A stretch of DNA of 16,959 nt from Planctomycetota bacterium (GTDB lineage: Bacteria > Planctomycetota > GCA-002687715 > DRQF01): positions 1-16,959 of the forward strand of contig JALTLO010000012.1 in the NCBI GenBank assembly GCA_027001995.1, in the 5' to 3' direction. Within the stretch, counting starts at the first letter, position 1. Each line of letters opens with the position of its first letter. The position numbers were made by a program, and so were the translations under genes. Below the pieces are notes generated by a model. The model did no database searches and was not told where the DNA came from. It worked only from the letters and a program-made list of their open reading frames with translations. This document shows positions 1 to 7,421 of this stretch, piece after piece.

Positions 1-814
1 AGTCTGACAACAGAGGTGCAGGCTTCATATCCGGTGCTTGTGCCAAAGCGCCGGCGCGGCTTTCAACTTCGCGACATAAATCTTCGTAGCGTTTCTGATA
101 AGACCTCAGGACATCGTCACGCCACAAGGCCAATTCGGCCTGCACCTTCGTCCCCGCGGCATCATCAACGAGAGCATTCGCCAAGTTTCTTAATTCGCCG
201 ACGAGGATGGTAGGTGCTTGAATGGCCAAAGCTCTCTGCTGGGCCAAGAGCGCCTCCTCTTTGGCAGGGGTTGACGATCGAGAATCCCCAGCCTCTTTCC
301 TTTGAGATTCTTGAGCTGAAATCGGGGCATTTTCTTCAAGGGCATCTTGCCCTTCCGCCGAAACCAGCTCTCTGTCTTGGTCCTTTGTAGAACCCGAATA
401 GACAAAGTAAATCAGCCCAGAGACAAGAAGAAGAGCTACCCCGATCAGACCTGCGCGATTCTTAGTCTTTGTTGTGGCCCCAGGCTCTACTATCCCCTTG
501 TCAACGGGCTTAGGTTCGATCACCTTGGGACGCTGGGTCATGAACACAATGCGAACATCGCCGACTTCAATCTCATTGCCAGAATCCAAGACAACTTGGG
601 AAACGACAGCGCCGTCCACATAGGTTCCATTGGCCGATGCCATGTCAATCACACGCCATTTGCCAGCCACGCATTCCAAGCGACAATGCTGCTTGGAGCA
701 ACGCTTATCAGGCAACACCAGATCACAGCCTTCCCCTCTTCCAATCACCAACCGTTCGCCGGAAAGCTCCAATTCATGAACGCCATCAGCGTCGTGGATC
801 ACAATGAATGCCAT
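1..814 (-). CDS. FHA-domain membrane protein (3'-truncated by window edge)
   Basis: Absent from the ORF track because it has no stop in the window. Manual translation from ATG at 814 stays open to the left edge: MAFIVIHDADGVHELELSGERLVIGRGEGCDLVLPDKRCSKQHCRLECVAGKWRVIDMASANGTYVDG..., with the FHA motifs GR, SxxH and SxNGT. A Pro/Lys linker, a TM helix (GLIGVALLLVSGLIYFVY) and a helical extracytoplasmic region follow. Confidence 0.88.
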   Translation of the reverse strand, partial: MAFIVIHDADGVHELELSGERLVIGRGEGCDLVLPDKRCSKQHCRLECVAGKWRVIDMASANGTYVDGAVVSQVVLDSGNEIEVGDVRIVFMTQRPKVIEPKPVDKGIVEPGATTKTKNRAGLIGVALLLVSGLIYFVYSGSTKDQDRELVSAEGQDALEENAPISAQESQRKEAGDSRSSTPAKEEALLAQQRALAIQAPTILVGELRNLANALVDDAAGTKVQAELALWRDDVLRSYQKRYEDLCREVESRAGALAQAPDMKPAPLLSD

Positions 815-1125
815 TTATTCCAATCTTTTCGTTTGCTTGAGTGTCCTGCCCTTTGTGCGCCGGGCATTTTCTTTCATCAGGAATGCATGGACAAGGAAAT
901 CCAATTTCCACACCTGCGCAACTGTCGGTCCAATATACATCCGACCATGTGATACTCATGAGATTGTCCCACAGACTGGGAACAAATCCATCATGGTCCC
1001 AATGCTCACTCAATTTAGATGACGGATTGGACAAATTGCCCGTAAAGGCGACTTAACAATCCAATTCGAAACGGCATGCGTGGGCAAAATTGAAGACAGC
1101 CTGGGGAAAGCGTCAGAGTGGGCGA

Positions 1126-1680
1126 TCAGTGGGTCAGATAATAGCGCACTTGGAGAAAAGCGTGGTAACCCAACAAAAGCGTGTAGAAGGCGCAAAGAAA
1201 GCCGAGGGCCAAGTCGACATAGGCAAATTTCTTGTGAATCAATAAGAACGCCAAGCACAGCCCCACGAGAAAGGATTTGGCACAAATGAACCAAAAGTTG
1301 CCTAAATCAAGAAGACCTTGGGCCACGGGGTTGGCCTCGGCACCGCCTTTTTCAATGTAGTCCAAAGTAAAAAACGCGTCGAGAATGTTGAGAATCAAAA
1401 TCAGTACGACCAGGCAGATCTCGCGCTTACCGTAAATGTCGACGTAGATATTCTTGTCTTCACCATTACGACGACCGGAGGCCCGTTTACCCCGGGCAAA
1501 AAGTGTGTCCCAAATTCGCGTCGGGCTGTCGCGACGGTCGCTCTCACCTCGCCGATCGACGTAAGGCCATGTCTTAAAACAACTTCCGTCCCCAAGCGAA
1601 GAGCTGGACTCATCAAAAGAGTCCGCTTCTTGGGGCCGGATAGGTGCAGCTGGAGATTGAGAATCTGTGTTTCTTGTCAT
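1126..1680 (-). CDS. DUF5658-like integral membrane protein
   Basis: 184 aa. Arg-rich N-terminus (DRRGESDRR, KRASGRR), then LNILDAFFT...GGAEANPVA...AKSFLV with about 3 hydrophobic helices. The LD-x-x-x-T / ExNP / K pattern is typical of DUF5658. Confidence 0.72.
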   Translation of the reverse strand: MTRNTDSQSPAAPIRPQEADSFDESSSSLGDGSCFKTWPYVDRRGESDRRDSPTRIWDTLFARGKRASGRRNGEDKNIYVDIYGKREICLVVLILILNILDAFFTLDYIEKGGAEANPVAQGLLDLGNFWFICAKSFLVGLCLAFLLIHKKFAYVDLALGFLCAFYTLLLGYHAFLQVRYYLTH

Positions 1681-1806
1681 ACGGACGTTATTCTACCAGA
1701 GCCACGTTGCCCCCCCTTTATCGACCCGAACGACATGTTTCTTCACCTCCAAGAACCCCTGTTTTTCTAAGAATCCCCTCTGGATCACCGGGAGAAGCTA
1801 GGAAGT

Positions 1807-1822
1807 GGGCACAATTCTGGCC
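1807..1822 (+). promoter_or_regulatory. possible sigma54 -24/-12 promoter upstream of the REC-GGDEF gene
   Basis: GGGCACAATTCTGGC gives GG(1808-09)-N10-GC(1820-21) with a GGCAC core; the -12 box is TGGC instead of TTGC. Confidence 0.3.
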
Positions 1823-1869
1823 GAATTCCTCCAAGGATGTCGACTCCGATGTAACTCCTCACTTGCGCG

Positions 1870-2026
1870 ATTTAGCAAACGTGGCTAAATGTTGACCATG
1901 GAAAGCCTTACTGAATTATGGCAGCCTCAGAGTCTGGGCAATCCACCAGCGAACTTGGCCCCCATGGGCCAAGTAAACATCCTCATGAGTTTCTGTGCGT
2001 CATTCGAATGGGCCACAGCCTCATGA
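1870..2026. repeat. cluster of inverted repeats in the divergent intergenic region
   Basis: ATTTAGC-N7-GCTAAAT (1870-1890); ACTTGGCCC-ccat-GGGCCAAGT (1953-1974); TCATGAG..CTGTG..CATTCGAATG..CACAG..CTCATGA (1983-2026). Confidence 0.6.
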
Positions 2027-2060
2027 ATAGTCCAGGTTAACCCTGCAAACAGGAATCAGC

Positions 2061-3077
2061 ATGAGCGAACTTCCCACCGTAATCGTGGCTCACTACGACG
2101 CCGAGACCCTCAGTACCTACCGTGCTGAACTAGAATCCGATGGATTCCGAGTCCAAGCAACGAGCTCTGGCTCGGACGTCCTCAAAAAGACCGAGGTCCA
2201 AGCCCCTGACGCCATTGTCTTAGACCCCTTGTTGCCCAAGCAAAACGGTTTGGCGGTGTTGAAAAATCTCAAGAACCAACCAGCAACCCGCCTCATACCC
2301 GTGGTCATGCTGCTGGACGACGGCGATACCTACACAGAGAACAGAGCGCTGATTTGTGGGGCTGACGCCATTCTGAAGCGGAATGCTGACGGCAAGCTTG
2401 CAGCCGGTACGTTGGCAGCCAAATTACGCGCCGCTATGAAAGAACTCTCACTGGGGTCCCCTTCGGAGCAAGAAACCCCTGCTGAAAGTGAAAACATCCA
2501 AAGAATTCTTGATACCGCAGCCCAAAATCTGCGTCAAGAGAATCCCGTGTTGGCACACATAACCGATACTCTCACTGGTCTTTACAACGCCGAGTATATG
2601 GAAATTAAGCTGGCCGAGGAGTTTAAGAGAAGTCGTCGATTTGGCGTTCCCTTGGCCGTCGTCGACATTCAGCTGCATTTGGGACAAGGAGGAGAGGAGC
2701 ACGACAAGGACTCAGAATGGCGTCATGTGCTCAATGAGGTCGCGGGGATGCTTCTTTGCGAGTCAAGAGACATCGACATCCTCTGTCGCCAGGATGCCAC
2801 GACTTTTCGCCTACTTTTGCCCCACACACCGGTAAAGGGAGCGGAAACAATGGTCGAAAGGATCCTTAGTAACGTTTCAGATCGAAAACTTGCCAGCGGA
2901 GAAGGTTCGTCGGTTGTGTGCGCAGCGGCAGGCATCGCCAAATATACAGGTGAAGATGTGGAAGCTGCCGAAGAATTGAAACGTCGAAGCCAAGACTCCC
3001 TACGGCAGGCTTGGCGGGAAGGTGGATCATGCTTGGTAGTCTGGAGCCCCGATTTAGGAAGCGAAAGCACCAGTTAA
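2061..3077 (+). CDS. response regulator with atypical REC domain and degenerate GGDEF domain (likely c-di-GMP-binding, non-catalytic)
   Basis: REC fold (PDAIVLDPLLPKQNGLAVLKNLK...IPVVML...GADAIL), linker ITDTLTGLYN, and EEFKRSRRFGVPLAV. The active-site region RDIDILCRQDATTF aligns with PleD-type RxxDxxxRYGGEEF. RBS CAGGA lies upstream. Confidence 0.88.
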   Translation: MSELPTVIVAHYDAETLSTYRAELESDGFRVQATSSGSDVLKKTEVQAPDAIVLDPLLPKQNGLAVLKNLKNQPATRLIPVVMLLDDGDTYTENRALICGADAILKRNADGKLAAGTLAAKLRAAMKELSLGSPSEQETPAESENIQRILDTAAQNLRQENPVLAHITDTLTGLYNAEYMEIKLAEEFKRSRRFGVPLAVVDIQLHLGQGGEEHDKDSEWRHVLNEVAGMLLCESRDIDILCRQDATTFRLLLPHTPVKGAETMVERILSNVSDRKLASGEGSSVVCAAAGIAKYTGEDVEAAEELKRRSQDSLRQAWREGGSCLVVWSPDLGSESTS

Positions 3078-3232
3078 CCCAAGCGTAAGTAAGAAAAGTC
3101 AGGATTTCTGGCTTTCATGTCCCATTCAGGGACGTTACGATCGCCTTGAGGTGGTCTTATGAAGCTCAATTTTGTTTCTTGCCGACGTGGTGGTGGGCAA
3201 AAAAAACGAACAAGATCAAAGAGGAGTTTGGC

Positions 3233-3655
3233 ATAATTCTTCGACAAACAAGCCGTTCAATAGCGGCATTCTTAGCTGTTTTCTTCTTTCTCGCTGGCGG
3301 CAGTCTGTTGGGGCAACCCAACAAACCCAAAGTCGAAGTCCTGAACTCAGCGCAGATTTACTACCCATCTGTCGTCAAGAAGAGTAGCAAGTACAAGAAA
3401 CCGGCAATCCTCACGACGGCCACAGTTTTTGCTTCCATTCCGGAGTGGAAGAAAATCAAGAAGAAGAAGTTGAAGAAATCCGACGCCGAATACCACCTCC
3501 TCTTGGAGAAGGCTAACGAAAAGTTCAACAAGGCTCTTTCGAAGGTCCAAGGGGCTTCTTCTTATGACATCATGGCTGAGGTCGGGGCTATCAAGTGCAC
3601 CAACTGCACCCCCACGGATGTGACCTCTGAGCTCATCGCCAACCTGCCTTCTTAA
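3233..3655 (+). CDS. small exported Lys-rich protein, Skp/OmpH-like with shortened coiled coil (start uncertain; ORF open from TTG 3146)
   Basis: Signal peptide-like LRQTSRSIAAFLAVFFFLAGGSLLG. The segment PAILTTATVFASIPEW...KFNKALSKVQGASSYDIMAE...DVTSELIANL resembles the Skp body motifs. Strong RBS AAAGAGGAG at 3218-3226. Confidence 0.6.
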   Translation: MILRQTSRSIAAFLAVFFFLAGGSLLGQPNKPKVEVLNSAQIYYPSVVKKSSKYKKPAILTTATVFASIPEWKKIKKKKLKKSDAEYHLLLEKANEKFNKALSKVQGASSYDIMAEVGAIKCTNCTPTDVTSELIANLPS

Positions 3656-3663
3656 AACACACA

Positions 3664-3703
3664 AAGTTGGTGACCTGTGATTAAGGTCATAGGTCACCCA
3701 CTT
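3664..3703 (+). terminator. strong stem-loop after the Skp-like gene (no U-tract; terminator or mRNA stabiliser)
   Basis: AAGT-t-GGTGACCTGTGA-ttaagg-TCATAGGTCACC-c-ACTT: a 12-bp core stem with one G-U pair plus a 4-bp extension, 8 nt after the stop codon. Confidence 0.55.
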
Positions 3704-3830
3704 CACCCCACCTCTACCACCAAGTCTTCATGGGTCTCCACCGGGTGGGCCTCTTCGGCACCTCCACCCTCCCAGGGGAGTCATAGACGAGATTGCCTCA
3801 ACCATCAGCAGCGGCGAGCCCAAGAGATCT

Positions 3831-5198
3831 GTGTCACAAACGAACTTTGACCATACTTATTCCCCAAAGAAAACTCGGCAAGTATCCCGGGTTCGTGATA
3901 ACCTGCCGCCTGTGAATACCGGAATTACAAAATCGTTTTTGGGGATGCTTCTGCTTTTGACCTCCCTTTTGGGGTGCCAAGTGGCGGAAGACACAGGTTT
4001 CTCCGACATCTTCAGTCCCGGCGTTTCTCTGAGAGACTTAGATGGTCTCAAATTGGATGAAGACGAAGAGCATCCCACATGGGAATACCCGGATATTCCT
4101 TTGGGCGACGGCACCATTCAGAGAATGATCTGGATGGCCGCAGGCCAGGCAAAACCCATGTCGACCATTATTGCCGCAGTTCCTCAGCTCAAGGCGAAGA
4201 AAGTCAAAGTCGCCGTCATTAGCGGCTATCCGGCTCAAAACCGGATCGATGAAAACGGTAAATTCAGCGGGTTGGCTCAAGCCAAGATGGAAGCCTTATC
4301 CCTTACCGGGCTGCCAGAGGATGTTGACCTTGTCACAGATGTGATTGTTGGGGTCCAAAAGAGCATCCCACAAATCGAAATCAGCGTGCGAGTTGTTGAA
4401 GTCTTAGAAACCGACATCAGATCTTTCGGTTTGGACACAGCCTTCAGTTCGGTAGAAACAGACCCCTCGAAACCTACACGCACGTTTTTCAACAACGCCT
4501 CTACCACCTTGGGTCTCCCCGAGCTTCCTGGCCGCGGCGGGAGTTTCAATCCCAACAGTCTCTTAGTGCCATTGCTCCTCGACTTCGGAACAGTTTCAAA
4601 CGGCATTCAAATCGACTTCTTGATACGAGCCTTGAAGCAATTCGCCAGAACTGATCTCCTCAGTGCCCCCCACCTTCGGGTCCTCGATGGCTATGCCGCT
4701 GAGATCACGGCTGGAGAAAAAATCCCCTTCTTGACTCCCAACTTCAACGCCAGCGGCTTCACTTCTGTCTCGACCCAATTCAAGAATGTGGGCATCAAAC
4801 TCTTCATTCAACCCAAAGTGATTGGCCGGGATTTGGTTCGAGTCAACCTGACAACGGCGGTGGAAGCTGTCACAGGGGAATCAACCTTTGAGTCCAATGG
4901 AACCAGCATCACCAACCCCATTATCACGTCAAGGCAAGCCAGCACTTATATGGATGTCTACGATGGCGACACAGCCATCATTGGTGGTCTGCTAAGACGT
5001 TCTACCTTCAAGAATGAGAAGAAAGTGCCGATCTTGGGAGATATTCCAGTTCTATCCAACTTCTTCTCCAGTGAATCGAAGGAAACCTCTCAAAGTAATC
5101 TCATTTTCTTCATCACACCCAGGATCATTGACCCAAGCCGTGACCGCCGTCGTATTATTACGCCAGTGCCAATCCATCCCGGCGAGAGCGACAAGTAA
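3831..5198 (+). CDS. gspD: secretin (type II secretion system protein D-like), short, with lipoprotein signal; true start probably GTG 3912
   Basis: Secretin core motifs QIEISVRVVEV, LSAPHLRVLDGYAAEITAGEKIP, FKNVGIKLFIQPKV and DGDTAIIGGL...KVPILGDIPVLSNFF...NLIFFITPRII. Lipobox LLGC (Cys codon at 3975). Confidence 0.88.
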   Translation: MSQTNFDHTYSPKKTRQVSRVRDNLPPVNTGITKSFLGMLLLLTSLLGCQVAEDTGFSDIFSPGVSLRDLDGLKLDEDEEHPTWEYPDIPLGDGTIQRMIWMAAGQAKPMSTIIAAVPQLKAKKVKVAVISGYPAQNRIDENGKFSGLAQAKMEALSLTGLPEDVDLVTDVIVGVQKSIPQIEISVRVVEVLETDIRSFGLDTAFSSVETDPSKPTRTFFNNASTTLGLPELPGRGGSFNPNSLLVPLLLDFGTVSNGIQIDFLIRALKQFARTDLLSAPHLRVLDGYAAEITAGEKIPFLTPNFNASGFTSVSTQFKNVGIKLFIQPKVIGRDLVRVNLTTAVEAVTGESTFESNGTSITNPIITSRQASTYMDVYDGDTAIIGGLLRRSTFKNEKKVPILGDIPVLSNFFSSESKETSQSNLIFFITPRIIDPSRDRRRIITPVPIHPGESDK

Positions 5199-5250
5199 AT
5201 GGTGGAATATACCCTTTGGTGAGTCGTCCAAACAATCAGAGGTAGATCCT

Positions 5251-6462
5251 ATGATGAGAACACATTTCGATCCGCAAGAAGGCTCAGCCTTAGTCTTGGC
5301 GCTCATCGCTTCGCTTTTGCTCATGATCGTGAGCTTCGAGGTAGCCCATACCACGCGCATCGAAGACTTCATTACTCAGAACTTAGAAGAAGACACCAAG
5401 CTCAATGTCGCCTGCCGGGCCGGGTTAGAAAGAGCTCTGGCTCGTTTGCGAGAAGACCGGCAAACAACTGAAACAGATAGCCAATACGACATTTGGTGGG
5501 CCATGTTCATCGATACCGAACTCATTTTGGACGACGTGGCCAAAGATGAGTTTATGCTGGAAGATGATTCCGAATACGACAATGAAGACCAGCAAGTGCG
5601 GCTCTACATCGAAACATTCGACGAGTGCGCCAAGTACAACATTTACAACCTCCTATCGGAAGATTCGAAAGAGCGGCGCATCAGAAGAGACCAATTTGCC
5701 AGCGTCATCGATTACTTCCGCAAAGACACAGAGCTGGATATGTCTTTCGCCGATGGTGAGGCCATTGCTGACCAAGTACTCGAATTTCTCAAGCGAGACG
5801 AAGATCACCCCTACAACAGCACTCTCAAACCACCCACCAAGCAAGAGCGCACATTGGCGGACATCTCAGAGCTTCTTTACGTCAATGGTATTGAGCCAAG
5901 CTTGATGTGGGATCAGATCGACGAGGACGGAGAAAAAATCATTCCTGGCCTCTGGCGCTACCTTACCATTTGGTCTGACCTGCAAATCAACATCAACACC
6001 GCAGATGTGGCGGCTCTGACTGGTCTCTTTGAGCAACAAGAGGCTTTCTTGGCCGAAGAGATTGTGGCCTACCGGGAAGAAGCTGGTGAAGAAAAAGAAA
6101 GAACGGAGGGCCGCTACTCAGAGACGGGTTCTTTCTCAGGCGAGGACAAAACCGAAGACCCCACAGGTGGTGCCCCCTTCACGCAAATCAGCGAAATCAA
6201 AGAGAAGGTTCAGGGGATCATCCCAGCGACATACGATAAGATCAGCCCATTTATCACGGTCCAAAGCACTGTATTCAGTATCATTGTAACAGCCGAGATT
6301 GGCCAACACAGAACCAGTAAAATGTGGGTGGTAAATCGTAGCCCTAATGGCTTCAGGATCCTACTTGAACGCCCGGTGAACAGGCCTCCCAAGTACTTCC
6401 CCTACTACATTCCCGACAATGCCATCGAAAAAGCAGAAGAAGATCAGGACGTCGACAGGTAG
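5251..6462 (+). CDS. gspK: type II secretion minor pseudopilin GspK-like protein
   Basis: Start reassigned to ATG 5251 (RBS GAGGT). Prepilin site QEG|SALVLALI without Glu+5, as in GspK. Motifs DECAKYNIYNL, ISELLYVNGI, ININTA and PFTQISEI. Confidence 0.85.
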   Translation: MMRTHFDPQEGSALVLALIASLLLMIVSFEVAHTTRIEDFITQNLEEDTKLNVACRAGLERALARLREDRQTTETDSQYDIWWAMFIDTELILDDVAKDEFMLEDDSEYDNEDQQVRLYIETFDECAKYNIYNLLSEDSKERRIRRDQFASVIDYFRKDTELDMSFADGEAIADQVLEFLKRDEDHPYNSTLKPPTKQERTLADISELLYVNGIEPSLMWDQIDEDGEKIIPGLWRYLTIWSDLQININTADVAALTGLFEQQEAFLAEEIVAYREEAGEEKERTEGRYSETGSFSGEDKTEDPTGGAPFTQISEIKEKVQGIIPATYDKISPFITVQSTVFSIIVTAEIGQHRTSKMWVVNRSPNGFRILLERPVNRPPKYFPYYIPDNAIEKAEEDQDVDR

Positions 6463-6471
6463 GTGATAGAT

Positions 6472-7383
6472 CTAACGACGGCGCTGATTTGAACGTCCCA
6501 AATTCCCGCCACGACGAACGCGATTGGTATTGCGCTTTTGTTCCTTTTCCATGCGCTTGCGTTTCTTCTTGTGACGAAGACCTGCCTTTTCCCCAGAAAA
6601 ACGTTCTGAGTTTTCATCGCGCTTCGGTGGTGTTGCCAAATGGCCACCTTGTTTCTTGATCTCAGCCAAACGATCTTCGATGGCTTTCACTTCTGAAGCA
6701 TCAAGACGACGGGCAGTACCCTTCTTCACGGTGCGGAGATCCACAGGACCGATGCGAATACGTTTCAGCTTCAAAACCGCATTACCAACCTTGGCAAAGA
6801 TGCGTCGAAGCTGGCGATTCTTACCTTCATGAATGGCAACACGAACAAAGGTAAACTGCTTGCTGCGTTTGATCACTTTAGTGAACATCCGCTGAGTCTT
6901 ACCCGTACTCAACCAGACACCCTTGCGAACCCGGTCAAGATCGGCCTGACTGAGCTCGCCACGAAGTTTCAGGTCGTAGACCTTTTCTAAGCCAAATTTA
7001 GGATGGGTCACCCGATTGGAAAAATCACCGTCATTGGTGACCAAGATTAGACCTTCGGAATCTTCATCCAAACGACCAACGGTGTAAAGGCGCCGATTGC
7101 GATTGTCGTGGATCAAGGAAACAACTGTGCGCCTGCCAAATTCATCATAATTGGTGCACAAGAAACCCGCCGGTTTGTAAACCGCGTAATAGACAGGTTT
7201 TTCGACCACAACGATTTCTTCGTCGAAGCGAATTTCCTGTACTTCGGGATCTACAAGGACCCCCATCTGACGCACTTCAACTCCGTCGATGGAGACGTGG
7301 CCTTCAGCGATCAGTTCCTCACAGCGCCTACGAGATGCGATTCCCGCAGATGCCAACAATTTGTGTAGTCGTTGCCTTGACAT
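6472..7383 (-). CDS. rluB: rRNA pseudouridine synthase, RsuA/RluB family
   Basis: S4 domain (RLHKLLASAGIASRRRCEELI), catalytic GRLDEDSEGLILVTNDG, EGKNRQLRR and a basic C-terminal tail. Confidence 0.92.
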   Translation of the reverse strand: MSRQRLHKLLASAGIASRRRCEELIAEGHVSIDGVEVRQMGVLVDPEVQEIRFDEEIVVVEKPVYYAVYKPAGFLCTNYDEFGRRTVVSLIHDNRNRRLYTVGRLDEDSEGLILVTNDGDFSNRVTHPKFGLEKVYDLKLRGELSQADLDRVRKGVWLSTGKTQRMFTKVIKRSKQFTFVRVAIHEGKNRQLRRIFAKVGNAVLKLKRIRIGPVDLRTVKKGTARRLDASEVKAIEDRLAEIKKQGGHLATPPKRDENSERFSGEKAGLRHKKKRKRMEKEQKRNTNRVRRGGNLGRSNQRRR

Positions 7384-7421
7384 AAGAGCCCATGTTTCCG
7401 CAAATTGACCCGCGCTTCAAG

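Noticed and set aside
347..952. 201-aa plus-strand ORF
   Set aside because: Codon-aligned antisense shadow of the FHA gene; no recognisable protein features.
1024..1063. GGATTG...CAATCC imperfect hairpin as a possible riboswitch or ncRNA
   Set aside because: Short stems and no match to a family I can recognise.
2688..2702. GGEEH sequence in the GGDEF protein
   Set aside because: It lies about 35 residues before the true signature position, in the loop after the first beta-strand, so it is not the catalytic motif.
3199..3206. A8 tract as a phase-variation site
   Set aside because: Short, and upstream of the probable start codon; no evidence of length variation from one sequence.
5014..5250. 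N-terminal 79 codons of the 482-aa ORF
   Set aside because: Overlaps the secretin gene; the RBS and prepilin cleavage site indicate a start at 5251.
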